This document shows, piece after piece, positions 1 to 12,900 of a stretch of DNA of 64,000 nt (the first letter of the stretch is position 1; every line of letters begins with the position of its first letter). Position numbers and translations under genes: made by a program. A model generated the notes under the pieces. It searched no databases, was not told the DNA's origin, and worked only from the letters and a program-made list of their open reading frames with translations. Origin of the DNA: Octopus sinensis. Lineage: Eukaryota. The stretch lies in NCBI RefSeq assembly GCF_006345805.1, contig NC_043013.1, positions 19,220,001 through 19,284,000 on the forward strand. Direction: 5' to 3'.

Positions 1-3000
1 TGTGGTTGTGGGTTCTGTTGTGGTTGTGGGTTCTGTTGTGGTCGTTGGTATTGTGGTTGTTAGTTCTGCTGTGGTTGTGGGTTCTGTTGTGGTTATTGGT
101 ATTGTTGTGGTCGTTGGTATTGTTGTGGTCGTTGGCATTGTTGTGGTTGTGGGTTCTGTTGTGGTTGTGGGTTCTGTTGTGGATGTTGGTATTGTTGTGG
201 TTGTTGCTTCTTTTGTGGCTGTTGGTATTGTGGTTGTTGGTGCTGTTGTGGTTGTGTGTTCTGTTGTGGTTGTTGGTATTGTTGTTGTCGTTGGTATTGT
301 TGTGGTCGTTGGTATTGTTGTTGTTGTGGGTTCCGTTGTGGTCGTTGTAATTGTGTTTGTGGGTCCTGTTGTGGTTGTGTGTTCTGTTGTGGTTGTTGGT
401 ATTGTTGTGGTTGTTGGTATTGTTGTGGATGTTGGTATTGTTGTGGTTGTTGGTATTGTTGTGGTTGTGGGTTCTGTTGTGGTTGTTGGTTCTGTTGTGG
501 TTGTTGGTACTGTTGTGGTTGTTGGTATTGTTGTGGTTGCTGGTTCTTTTGTGATTGTTGGTATTGTTTTGGTTTTCGGTTCTGTTGTGGTTGTTGGTAT
601 TGTTGTGGTTGTGGGTTCTGTTGTGGTTGTGGGTTCTGTTGTGGTTGTGGGTCCTGTTGTGGTTGTGGGTTCTGTTGTAGACTCTGGTTCTGTTGTGGAT
701 GTTGGTTCTTTTGTGGTTGTTCGTATTGTTGTGGTAGTTGATATTGTTGTGGTTGTGGGTTCTGTTGTGGTTGTGGGTTCTGTTGTGGTTGTTGGTATTG
801 TTGTGGTTGTTGGTATTGTTGTGGTTGTTGGTATTGTTGTGGTTGTTGGTTTTGTTGTAGTTGTTGGTTCTGTTGTGGTCGTGGGTTCTGTTGTGGTTGT
901 GGGTTCTGTTATGGTTGTTGGTATTTTTGTGGTTGTTGGTATTGTTATGGTTGTTGGTATTGTTGTGGTTGTTGCTTCTTTTGTGGTTGTTGGTATTGTG
1001 GTTGTTGGTTCTGTTGTGGCTTTTGTTTCTGTTGTGGTTATTGGCATTGTTGTCGTCATTGGTATTGTTGTGGGTTCTGTTGTGGTTGTGGGTTCCGTTG
1101 TGGTTGTTGTTTCTGTTGTGGTTGTTGCTTCTTTTGTGGCTGTTGATATTGTGGTTGTTGGTTCTGTTAATGTTGTGAGTTCTGTTGTGGTTGTGGGTTC
1201 TGTTGTGGTTGTTGGTATTGTTGTGGTTGTTGGTATTGTTGTGGTTGTTTGTATTGTTGTTGTTGCTTCTTTTGTGGTTGTTGGTATTGTGTTTGTTGGT
1301 TCTGTTGCGGTTGTGCGTTCTGTTGTTGTTAATGGTATTGTTGTGGTTGTGGTTTCTGTTGTGGTTGTGTATTCTGTTGTGGTTGTGGGTATTGGTGTGG
1401 TTGTTGGTATTGTTGTGGTTGTTGGTATTGTTGTGGTTGTTGGTATTGTTGTGGTTGCGGATTCTGTTGTGGTTGTGGGTTCTGTTGAGGTTGTTGGTAT
1501 TGTTGTGGTTTTTGGTATTGTTGTGGTGGTTGGTTCTGTTGTAGTCGTTGGTGTTGTGGTCGTAGGTTCTGTTGTGGTTGTGGGTTCTGTTGTTGTTGTT
1601 GGTATTGTTGTGGTCGTTGGTATTGTTGTGGTTGTGGGTTCTGTTGTTGTTTTGGGTTCTGTTGTGGTTGTGGGTTCTGTTATGGTTGTTGTTATTGTTG
1701 TGGATGTTAGTATTTTTGTGGTTGTTGGTATTGCTGTGGTTGTTGCTTCTTTTGTGGTTGTTGGTATTGTGGTTGTGTGTTCTGTTGTTGTTATTGGTAT
1801 TGTTGTGGTCGTTGGTATTGCTGTGGTCGTTGGCATTTTTGTGGTCGTTGATATTGTTGTGGTTGTGGGTTCTGTTGTGGTTGTGGGTTCTGTTGTGGTT
1901 GTGGGTTCTGTTGTGGTTGTTAGTATTGTTGTAGTTGTTGGTATTGTTCTGGTTGTTGCTTCTGTTGTGGTTGTGGGTTCTGTTGTGGTCGTTGGTATTG
2001 TTGGAGTCGTTGGAATTGTTGTGGTTGTATGTTCTGTTGTGGACGATTGTATTGTGGTTGTTAGTTCTGCTGTGGTTGTGGGTTCTGTTGTGGTTATTGG
2101 TATTGTTGTGGTCGTCGGCATTGTTGTGGTTGTGGCTGTGAGTTCTGTTGTGGTCGTTGGTATTGAGGTTGTTAGTTCTGCTGTGGTTGTGGGTTCTGTT
2201 GTGGTTATTGGTATTGTTGTGGACGTTGGTATTGTTGTGGTCGTTGGTATTGTTGTGGTTGTAGGTTCTGTTGTTGTTGTTGGTTCTGTTGTGGTTGTGG
2301 GTTCTGTTGTGGTTGTGGGTTCTGTTGTGGTCGTTGGTATTGTGGTTGTTAGTTCTGCTGTGGTTGTGGGTTCTGTTGTGGTTATTGGTATTGTTGTGGT
2401 CGTTGGTATTGTTGTGGTCGTTGGCATTGTTGTGGTTGTGGGTTCTGTTGTAGATGTTGGTATTGTTGTGGTTGTTGCTTCTTTTGTGGCTGTTGGTATT
2501 GTGGTTGTTGGTTCTGTTGTGGTTGTGGGTTCTGTTGTGGTTATTGGTATTGTTGTTGTCGTTGGTATTGTTGTGGTCGTTGGTATTGTTGTGGTCGTGG
2601 GTTCCGTTGTGGTCGTTGGTATTGTTGTGGTCGTTGGATTTGTGGTGGTTGTGGGTTCTGTTGTGGTTGTGTGTTCTGTTGTGGTTGTGTGTTCTGTTGT
2701 GGTTGTGTGTTCTGTTGTGGTTGTGTGTTCTGTTGTGGTTGTTGGTATTGTTGTGGTTGTTGGTATTGCTGTGGTTGTGGGTTCTGTTGTGGTTGTGGGT
2801 TCTGTTGTGGTTGTTGGCATTGTTGTGGTTGTTGGTATTGTTGTGGTTGTTGGTATTGTTGTGGTGGTTGGTATTGTTGTGGTTGTGGGTTCTGTTGTGG
2901 TTGTGGGTTCTGTTGTGGTTGTTGGTATTGTTGTGGTTGTTGGTATTGTTGTGGTTGTTGCTTTTGTTGTGGTTGTTGGTTCTGTTGTGGTTGTGGGTTC

Positions 3001-3990
3001 TGTTATGGTTGTTGGTATTGTTGTGGTTGTTGGTATTGTTATTGTTGTGGTTGTTGCTTCTTTTGTGGTTGTTGGTATTGTGGTTGTTGGTTCTGTCGTG
3101 GTTTTTGGGTCTGTTGTCGTTATTGGCATTGTTGTTGTCATTGGTATTGTTGTGGTTGTGAGGTCTGTTGTGGTTGTGGGTTCTGTTGTGGGTGTGGTTT
3201 CTGTTGTGGTTGTTGCTTCTTTTGTGGCTGTTGGTATTGTGGTTGTTGGTTCTGTTGTTGTTGTGAGTTCTGTTGTGGTTGTGGGTTCTGTTGTGGTTGT
3301 TGGTATTGTTGTAGTTGTTTGTATTGTTGTGGTTGTTGCTTCTTTTCTGGTTGTTGGTATTGTGTTTGTTGGTTCTGTTGCGGTTGTGGGTTCTGTTGTT
3401 GTTAATGGTATTGTTGTGGTTGTGGTTTCTGTTGTGGTTGTGTATTCTGTTTTGGTTGTTGGTATTGGTGTGGTTGTTGGTATTGTTGTGGTTGTGGGTT
3501 CTGTTGTGGTTGTGGGTTCTGTTGTGGTTGTGGGTTCTGTTGTGGTTGTGGGTTCTGTTGTAGTTGTGGGTTCTGTTGTGGTTGTGGGTATTGTTGTCGT
3601 TGTTGGTATTGTTGTGGTTGTTGCTTCTGTTGTGGTTGTGGGTTCTGTTGTCGTTGTTGGTTCTGTTGTGGTTGTGTGTTCTGTTGTGGTTGTTGGTATT
3701 GTTGTGGTTGTTGGTATTGTTGTGGTTGTTGGTATTGTTGTTGTTGTTGGTATTATTGTGGTTGTTGGTATTGTTGTGGTTGTTGGTATTGTTGTGGTTG
3801 TGGGTTCTGTTGTGGTTGTGGGTTCTTTTGTGGTTGTTGGTATTGTTGTGGGTGTTGGTATTGTTGTGGTGGTTGGTTCTGTTGTGGTTGTTGGTATTGT
3901 TGTGGTTGTGGGTTCTGCTGTGGTTGTTGGTATTGTTGTGGTTGTGGGTTCTGTTATGGTTGTTGGTATTGTTGTGGTTGTTGGTATTGT
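1..3990 (-). CDS. PTS segment, stop-free to the window edge (EPTTTT/IPTTTT repeats), about 1,330 codons; not in the ORF track
   Basis: Plus triplets from position 1 (tgt ggt tgt ggg ttc) read T,T,T,P,E on the minus strand. The antisense Val frame 2..4015 is continuous and has no H/Q codons, and its Tyr codons do not create minus-strand stops. The upper boundary is a missing G at ~3990 (ggtattgt|gttgtt against consensus ggtattgtggttgtt). Confidence 0.72.
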
Positions 3991-6900
3991 GTTGTTGGTT
4001 CTGTTGTTGTTGTGAGTTCTGTTGTGGTTGTTGGTATTGTGGTTGTTGGTTCTGTCGTGGTTTTTGGGTCTGTTGTCGTTATTGGCATTGTTGTTGTCAT
4101 TGGTATTGTTGTGGTTGTGAGGTCTGTTGTGGTTGTGGGTTCTGTTGTGGGTGTGGTTTCTGTTGTGGTTTTTGCTTCTTTTGTGGCTGTTGGTATTGTG
4201 GTTGTTGGTTCTGTTGTTGTTGTGAGTTCTGTTGTGGTTGTGGGTTCTGTTGTGGTTGTTGGTATTGTTATAGTTGTTTGTATTGTTGTGGTTGTTGCTT
4301 CTTTTCTGGTTGTTGGTATTGTGTTTGTTGGTTCTGTTGCGGTTGTGGGTTCTGTTGTTGTTAATGGTATTGTTGTGGTTGTGGTTTCTGTTGTGGTTGT
4401 GTATTCTGTTTTGGTTGTTGGTATTGGTGTGGTTGTTGGTATTGTTGTGGTTGTGGGTTCTGTTGTGGTTGTGGGTTCTGTTGTGGTTGTGGGTTCTGTT
4501 GTGGTTGTGGGTTCTGTTGTAGTTGTGGGTTCTGTTGTGGTTGTGGGTATTGTTGTCGTTGTTGGTATTGTTGTGGTTGTTGCTTCTGTTGTGGTTGTGG
4601 GTTCTCTTGTGGTTGTGGGTTCTGTTGTGGTTGTGTGTTCTGTTGTGGTTGTTGGTATTGTTGTGGTTGTTGGTATTGTTGTGGTTGTTGGTATTGTTGT
4701 TGTTGTTGGTATTATTGTGGTTGTTGGTATTGTTGTGGTTGTTGGTATTGTTGTGGTTGTGGGTTCTGTTGTGGTTGTGGGTTCTTTTGTGGTTGTTGGT
4801 ATTGTTGTGGGTGTTGGTATTGTTGTGGTGGTTGGTTCTGTTGTGGTTGTTGGTATTGTTGTGGTTGTGGGTTCTGCTGTGGTTGTTGGTTCTGTTGTGG
4901 TTGTGGGTTCTGTTGTGGCTGTGGGTTCTGTTTTAGATTCTGGTTCTGTTGTGGTTGTTTGTTCTTTTGTGGTTGTTGGTATTGTTGTGGTCGTTGATAT
5001 TGTTGTGGTTGTGGTTTCAGTTGTGGTCGTTGGTATTGTTGTGGTTGTTGGTATTGTGGTTGTTGGTTCTGTTGTGGTTTTGGGTTCTGTTGTGGTTGTG
5101 GGTTCTGTTGTGGTTGTGGGTTCTGTTGTTGTTGTGGATTCTGTTGTGGTTGTGGGTTCTGTTGTGGTTGTGGGTTCTGTTGTGGTTGTGGGTTCTGTTG
5201 TGGTTGTTGGTATTGTTGGTATTGTTTTGGTTGTTGCTTCTCTTGTGGCAGTTGGTATTGTGGTTGTTAGTTCTTTTGTGGTTGTGGATTCTCTTGTGGT
5301 TATTGGTATCGTTGTGGTCGCTGGTATTGTTGTGGTCGTTGGTATTGTTGTGGTTGTGGGTTCTGTTGTGGTTGTGGTTGTTGTTTCTATTGTGGTCGTT
5401 GGTATTGTTGTGGTTGTGTTTTCTGTTGTTGTGTGTTCTGTTGTGGTTGTTGGTATTGTTGTGGTTGCTGGTATTGTTGTAGTTGTCGTTTCTGTTGTGG
5501 TCGTTGGTATTTTGGTTGTGGGTTCTGTTGTGGTTGTTGGTATTGTTGTGGTTGTTGGTATTGTTGTGGTTGTTGGTATTGTTGTTGTGGGTTCTGTTTT
5601 GCTTGTAGGTTCTGTTGTGGTTGTTGGTATTGTTGTGGTTGTTGGTATTGTTGTGGTTGTTGGTATTGTTGTGGCTGTTGGTTCTGTTGTGGTCGTGTGT
5701 TCTGTTGTGTTTGTGGGTTTTGTTGTGGTTGTTGGTTCGGTTGTTGTTATTGGTATTGTTGTGGTCGTTGGTATTGTTGTGGTCGTTGGTATTGTTGTGG
5801 TTGTGGGTTCTATTGTGGTTGTTGTTGTCTTTTCTTTTGTGGTTGTTGGTATTGTGGTTGTTGGTTCTGTTGCGGTTGTGGTTTCTGTTGTTGTTAATGG
5901 TATCGTTGTTGTCGTTGGTATTGTTGTGCTTGCGGTTTGTGTTTTGGTTGTGTGTTCTGTTGTGTTTGCTGGTATTGTTGTGGTTGTGGGTTCTGTTGTG
6001 GTTGTGGGTTCTGTTGTGGTTGTTGGTATTGTGGTTGTGGGTTCTGTTGTGGTTGTTGGAATTGTTGTGGCTTTTGGTATTGTTGTGGTTGTTGGTATTG
6101 TTCTGGTTGTTGGTATTGTTGTGGCTGTTGGTTCTGTTGTGGTTGTGGGTTCTGTTGTGGTTGTTGGTATTGTTGTGGTTGTTGGTATTGTTGTGGTTGT
6201 GGGTTCTGTTGTGCTTGTGGGTTCTGTTGTGGTTGTTGGTATTGTTGTGGTTGTTCGTTCTTTTGTGGTTGTTGGTATTGTTGTGGTGGTTGGTTCTGTT
6301 GTGGTTGTTGGTAATATTGTGGTTGTGGGTTCTGTTGTTGTTAACGGTATCGTTGTGATCGTTGGTATTGTTATGGTTGTGGTTTCTGTTGTGGTTGTGT
6401 GTTCTTTTGTGGTTGTTGGTATTGTTGTGGTTGCTGGTATTGTTGTAGTTGTGGGTTCTGTTGTGGTTGTGGGTTCTGTTGTGGTTGTGGATTCTGTAGT
6501 GGTCGTTGGTATTTTGGTTGTGGCTTCTGTTGTGGTTGTTTGTATCGTTGTGTTTGTTGGTATTGTTGTGGTTGTTGGTATTGTTGTGGTTGTGGGTTCT
6601 GTTGTGGTTGTGGGTTCTGTGGTGCTTGTAGGTTCTGTTGTGGTTGTTGGTATTGTTGTGGTTGTTGGTTCTTTTGTGGTTGTTGGTATTGTTGAGGTTT
6701 TTGATTCTGTTGTGGTTGTTGGTAATGTTGTAGTTGTGGGTTCTGTTGTGCTTGTGGGTTCTGTTGTGGTTGTTGGTATTGTTGTGGTTGTTGGTTTTGT
6801 TGTGGTTGTTGGTATTGTTGTGGCTGTTGGTTCTGTTGTGGTCGTGTGTTCTGTTGTGTTTGTGGGTTCTGTTGTGGTTGTTGGTTCTGTGGTGTTTGTG

Positions 6901-9900
6901 GGTTCTGTTGTAGATTTTGGTTCTTTTGTGGTTGTTGCTTCTTTCGTGGTTGTTGGTATTGTTGTGGTTGTTGGTAATCTTGTGGCTGTTGTTCTTTTTG
7001 TGGATGATGGCATTGTTGTGGTTGTTGAGACAGTTGAGGTTGTTGGTATTATTGTGCTTGTAGTTTCTGATGTGGTCGTTAGTATTGTTGTTCTTGTCGA
7101 TTCTATTGTGGTTGTTCGTGCTGTTTTGGCTGTCGGTTCTTTTGTATCTGTTGGTGCACTTTTGGTTGTTGGTTCTGTTGTAGTTGTTGGCTTTCTTGGG
7201 GTTGTTAACGTTGTTGAGGTTGTTGGTTCCATTGTGGTTCTTGGTCCTGTTGTGCTTGTCGGTTCTGTTGTAGCGGTTGGTTCTATTATGGTTGTAGTTT
7301 CTTTTGTGGTGTTTAGTTCTGTTGTATTTGTGGGTTCTCTTGTGGTTGTTGCCTTTGTTGTGGTTGATGGTTCTGTTGTGGTTGTTGCTATTGTTGTTGT
7401 TGTCGGCTCTGTTGTGGTTGTTGGTTCTGGTGTAGTTGTGTCTTCTCTTGTGGTTATGGTCTCTGCTGTGATTGCTGGATCTCTTGTGGTCGGTTTTTGT
7501 GTGGTTGTTGGCATTGTAGTGGTTTTTGTTTCTGGTGAGGTTGTTTCTACTGTTGTGGTTGTTGTTTCTGCTGTGGTTCTTGGTTGTGTTATGTTTGTTA
7601 GTCCTGTTGTAGTTGTTGGTTTTGTTGTGCGTGTTGGTTCTGTTGTGGTTGTTGTTGCTGTTTTGCTTGTTGGCATTGTTGTAGTTGTGTGTTCAGTTGT
7701 GGCAGCTGTCTTTGTTTTGGTTGTTGGTGTTGTAGTGGTTTTCGGTTCTGTTTTGGTTGTGAGTACTTTTGTGGCTGTTGATTCTGCTGTAGTTGTCGGT
7801 TTTGTTGTAATTGTGGCTTCTGGGGTGGATGTTAGTTTTATTGTAGTTGTGGGTATAGTTGTGGCTGCTGATATTCTTGAGGTTGTTGGAGCTGTTGTGA
7901 TTGTCAGTTCCGTTTTGTTTGTTGGTTCTGATGTGGTAATTTGTTCTGTTGTGGTTGTTGGTTTTGCTCTTGTTGTTGGCATTTTTGTGGTTGTCATTTC
8001 TGTTGTGGTTGTTAGTACTGTTGTGTTGGTTGGTTCTGGTGTGGTTGTTGGTTCTGTTGTGGTTGTTGTTTCTGTTAAAATTGTTGGCTTTATTTTTTTG
8101 GTTGTCGGCTGTAATTTGGTTGTTGGCATGGTTTTCGTTGTTGGTATTACCGTGGTTGTTGGCTCTGGTGTCGTTGTTGGTGCTGTTATGTTTGCTGACT
8201 CCGTTGTGGTTGTTAGGCTTGTTGAGGTTGTTGGTTCTGTTGCGGATGTTGTTTTAGTTGTGGTTGTCTGATCTGTTGTGGATGTTGGTATTGTTGTGGC
8301 TTCTGGTCCTGTTGTTGTTGGTTTTGTTGTGGTCGTTGCGTTTGTAGTTGTTTTTGATTGTGTTGTAGTTGTGGATTCTGTGGTCGTTGGCTTTGTTGTG
8401 ATTGTTGGTCCTGATGTGGTTGTTGGTTTCAATGTTGTTGATGGTGTTGTTGTGGATGTTGTTTCTGTTGTGGTTGTTGGTTCTGTGGTAGTTGTTGATT
8501 CGATTGTAGCTGTTGGTCTTATTGTGGTTGTTCGTATTGTTGTGGTTGTTGGTTCTGTTGTGGTTGTTGGTTCTGTTGTAGTTGTCGATTCTGTTGTAGC
8601 TGTTGGTATTATTGTGGATGTTGGTATAGTTGTGGCTGTTGGTGATGTTGTGGTCGTTGGTTGTGTTGTAACTGTTAGCTTTGTTGTGCTTATTGGTTCT
8701 GACGAGGTTGTTGGTTTTGTCGTGGTTGTCGATTCTGTTGTATTTGTTGTTTCTGATGTGGTTATTGGTATTGTTGTTGCCGGTTCCATTCTGGCTGTTG
8801 AGGCTGTTGTGGCTGACGGTTCTTTTGTGGTTGTTGGTTCTGTTGTAGTTGTTGGCTTTGTTGTGGCTGATAGCGTTGTAGAGGTTGTTGGTTCTGTTGT
8901 TGGTATTATTGTGGATGTTGGTATTGTTGTGGTTGTTGAGTCAGTTCTGGTTGTTGGTGATGTTGTGGTTGTTGTTTGTGTTGTGACTGTTGGCTTTGTT
9001 GCGCTTGTTGGTTCCGATGAGGTTGTTGGCTTTATTGTGGCTGTTGGTTTTGACGTGGTTATCGATTCTGTTTTGGTTGTTGTTTCTGATGTGGTGGTTG
9101 GTGTTGTTGATGCCGGTTCTATTGTGGCTGTTGTTTCTGTAGTGGTTGTTGCTTCTGTTGTAGTTGTTGGCTTAGTTGTGGTTGATAGCGTTGTTGTGGT
9201 TGTTGATTTTGTTGTGGGTGTTGGCCCTGCTGTGGTTGTGGGTTCCGTTGTGGCTATAGGTTCTGTTGTTGTTGTTGGTTCTGTTGTAGTTGTGGGTTCT
9301 GTTGTTGCTGCTGCCTTTGTTGTGAATGATGGTGTTGTTGTGGTTATTTGTATTGTTGTAGTTGTTGGTTCTGTTATGGTCGTTGGTACTGGCGTAGTTG
9401 TTTCTTCTCTTGTGACTGTGGACTCTGTTGTGGTTGTTGGTTCTGTTGTTGTTGTCGGTCTTGTGGGGGTTGTTGGTATTGTTGTGGTTTTTGTTTCCGG
9501 TATGGTTATTGGTGCAATTGTAGTTGCTGTTTCTGTTGTGGTTCTTCTTTGTGTTGAGCTTGTTGGTCCTGTTGTGGTTTTTGGCTTTGTTGTGATTGTT
9601 GTTTCCGTTGTGACGGTTGGTTTTGTTGTGCTTGTTGGTTTTACTGGTAATGTTGAGGCGGGTGGTTCGGTTGTAGTAGTTGGCTTCGTAATGGTTGTTG
9701 GCATTGTTGTGGGTTTTGGTATTTTTGTAGTTGTTGTGGGTAATGGTTCTGTAGTGGTTGCTGGTTCTGTTATGGTTGTTTGTTCTGTTGTGGGTATTGG
9801 TTCTGTTGTGATTATTTGTTCTGTTGTGGGTATTGGTTCTGTAGTGGTTGCTGGTTCTGTTGTGGTTGTTGGTTCTGTTGTGCGTATTGGTTCTGTTGTG

Positions 9901-12900
9901 GGTATTGGTACTGTAGTGGTTGCTGGTTCCGTTGTGGTTGTTTGTTCTGTTGTGGGTATTGGTCCTGTAGTGGTTGCTGGTTCCGTTGTGGTTCTTTGTT
10001 CTATTGTGGGTATTGGTTCTGTTGTGATTCTTTGTTTTGTTGTGGGTATTGGTTCTGCAGTGGTTGCTGCTTCTGTAGTGGTTGTTTGTTCTGTAGTGGG
10101 TATTGGTTCTGTTGTGGTTGTTTGTTCAGTGGTTGGTATTGGTTCCGTTGTGATTCTTTGTTCTTTTGTGGGTAATGGTTCTATAGTGGTTGATGGTTCT
10201 GTTGTGGTTGTTTGCTCTGTTGTGGGTATTGGTTCAGTAGTGGTTGCTGGTTCCATTGTGGTTGTTTGTTCTGTTGTGGGTATTGGTTCACTTGTGATTC
10301 TTTGTTCTGTTTTGGGTATTGGTTCTGTAGTGGTTGCTGGTTCCGTTGTGGTTGTTTGTTCTGTAGTGGGTATTGATTCTGTAGTGGTTGCTGGTTCTGT
10401 TGTGGTTGTTTGTTTTGTTGTGGGTATTGATTCTGTTGTGATTATTTGTTCTGTTGTGGGTATTGGTTCTGTTGTGATTCTTTGTTCTGTTGTGGATATT
10501 GGTTCTGTAGTGGTTGCTGATTCTGTAGTGGTTGTTTGTTCTGTTGTGGGTATTGGTTCTGTTGTGGTTGTTTGTTCTGATGGGGGCATTGGTTCTGTAG
10601 TGGTCTCTGGTTCTGTTGTGGTTGTTTGTTTTGTTGTGGGTATTGGTCCTGTAGTTGTTGCTGGTTCCGTTGTAGTTGTTTGTTCTGTTGTGGGTAATGC
10701 TTCTGTTATGATTCTTTGTTCTGTTGTGGGTATTGGTTCTGAAGAGGTGGCTGGTTCTGTTGTGATTATTGGTTCTGTAGTGGTTGCTGGTTCTGTAGTG
10801 GTTGCTGGTTCTGGTGTGGTTGTTTGTTCTGTTGTGAGTATTGGTTGTGTGGTGGTTGTTTGTTCTCTTGTGGATATTGGTTGTGTAGTGGTTGCTGGTT
10901 CTGTTGTGGTTGTTTGTTCTGTTGTGCGTATTGGTTCTGTTGTAGGTATTGGTTCTGCAGTGGTTGCTGGTACCGTTCTGGTTGTTTGTTCTGTTGTGCG
11001 TATTGGTTCTGTTGTAGGTATTGGTTCTGTAGTGGTTGCTGGTACCGTTGTGGTTGTTTCTTCTGTTGTGGGTTCTGTAGTGGGTATTGGTTCTGTTGTG
11101 ATTCTTTGTTCTGTTGTGCGTATTGGTTCTGAAGAGGTGGCTGGTTCTGTTGTGATTATTGGTTCTGTAGTGGTTGCTGGTTCCGTTGTGGTTGTTTGTT
11201 CTGTTGTGCGTATTGGTTCTGTGGTGGTTGTTTGTTCTGTTGTGGGGATTGGTTCTGTTTTGGTTGCTGGTTCTGTTGTGGTTGTGTGTTCTGTTGTGGG
11301 TGTTGGTTGTGTTGTGGTTATTTGTTCTGTTGTGGGTATTGGTTCTGTCGTGGTTGCTGGTTCTGTTGCGGTTGTTTCTTCTGTTGTGGGTGTTTGTTCT
11401 GTAGTGGTTGCTGGTTCCGTTGTGGTAGTTTGTTCTGTTGTGGGTATTGGTTCTGTTCTGATTCTTTGTTCTGTTGTGGGTATTGGTTCTCTTGTGGTTG
11501 CCGGTTCTGTTGTGGTTGTTTGTTCTGTTGTGGGTGTTGGTTGTGTTGTGGTCATTTGTTCTGTTGTGAGTATTGGTTCTGTAGTGGTTGCTGGTTCTGT
11601 AGTGGTTGTTTGTTCTGTTGTGGGTATTGGTTCTGTAGTGGTTGCTGGTTCTGTTGTGGGTATTGGTTCTGTAGTGGTTGCTGGTTCTGTTGTGGTAGTT
11701 TTTTCTGTCGTGGGTATTGATTCTGTTGTGATTCTTTGTTCTGTTATTGGTATTGGTTTTGTTGTGTTTGCTTGTTCGGTTGTTGTATGTTCTGTTGTGG
11801 GTATTGGTTCTGTAGTTGTTGCTGGTTCTGTTGTGGTTGTTTGTTCTCTTGTGGGTATTGCTTCTGTTGTAATTCTTTGTTCTGTTATGGGTATTTGTTC
11901 TGTAGTGGTTGCTGGTTCTGTTGTTGTTGTTTGTTCTGTTCTGGGTATTGGTTCTGTAGTGGTTGCTGGTTCCGTTGTGGTTGTTTGTTTTGTTGTGGGT
12001 ATTGGTTCCTTTGTGACTCTTTGTTCTTTTGTGGGTATTGACTCTGTTGTGATTCTTTGTTCTGTTGTGATTCTTTGTTCTGTTGTGATTCTTTGTTCTG
12101 TTGTGGGTATTGGTTCTGTTGTGTGTATTTGTTTTGTTTTTGTTGTTTGTCCTGTTGTGTGTATTGGTTCTGTTGTGCTTTTCTGTTTTGCTTGGAGTAT
12201 TGGTTCTGTTGTGATTGTTTGTTCTGTTGTGGGTATTGGTTCTGCAGTGGTTGCTGGTTCTGTTGTGATTCTTTTTTCTGTCGTGGGTATTGGTTCTGTA
12301 CTTGTTTCTGGTTCTGTTGTGGTTGTTTGTTCTGTTGGGGTATTGGTTCTGTTCTGATTCTTTGTTCTGTTGTGGGTATTGGTTCTCTTGTGGTTGCCGG
12401 TTCTGTTGTGGTTGTTTGTTCTGTTGTGGGTGTTGGTTGTGTTGTGGTCATTTGTTCTGTTGTGAGTATTGGTTCTGTAGTGGTTGCTGGTTCTGTAGTG
12501 GTTGTTTGTTCTGTTGTGGGTATTGGTTCTGTAGTGGTTGCTGGTTCTGTTGTGGGTATTGGTTCTGTAGTGGTTGCTGGTTCTGTTGTGGTAGTTTTTT
12601 CTGTCGTGGGTATTGATTCTGTTGTGATTCTTTGTTCTGTTATTGGTATTGGTTTTGTTGTGTTTGCTTGTTCGGTTGTTGTATGTTCTGTTGTGGGTAT
12701 TGGTTCTGTAGTTGTTGCTGGTTCTGTTGTGGTTGTTTGTTCTCTTGTGGGTATTGCTTCTGTTGTAATTCTTTGTTCTGTTATGGGTATTTGTTCTGTA
12801 GTGGTTGCTGGTTCTGTTGTTGTTGTTTGTTCTGTTCTGGGTATTGGTTCTGTAGTGGTTGCTGGTTCCGTTGTGGTTGTTTGTTTTGTTGTGGGTATTG

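Larger units (their letters stand above)
1..7000 (-). repeat. 18-nt coding minisatellite, hexapeptide [E/I]PTTTT
   Basis: Plus-strand units ggttctgttgtggttgtg (EPTTTT) and ggtattgttgtggttgtt (IPTTTT) alternate in runs. Confidence 0.9.
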
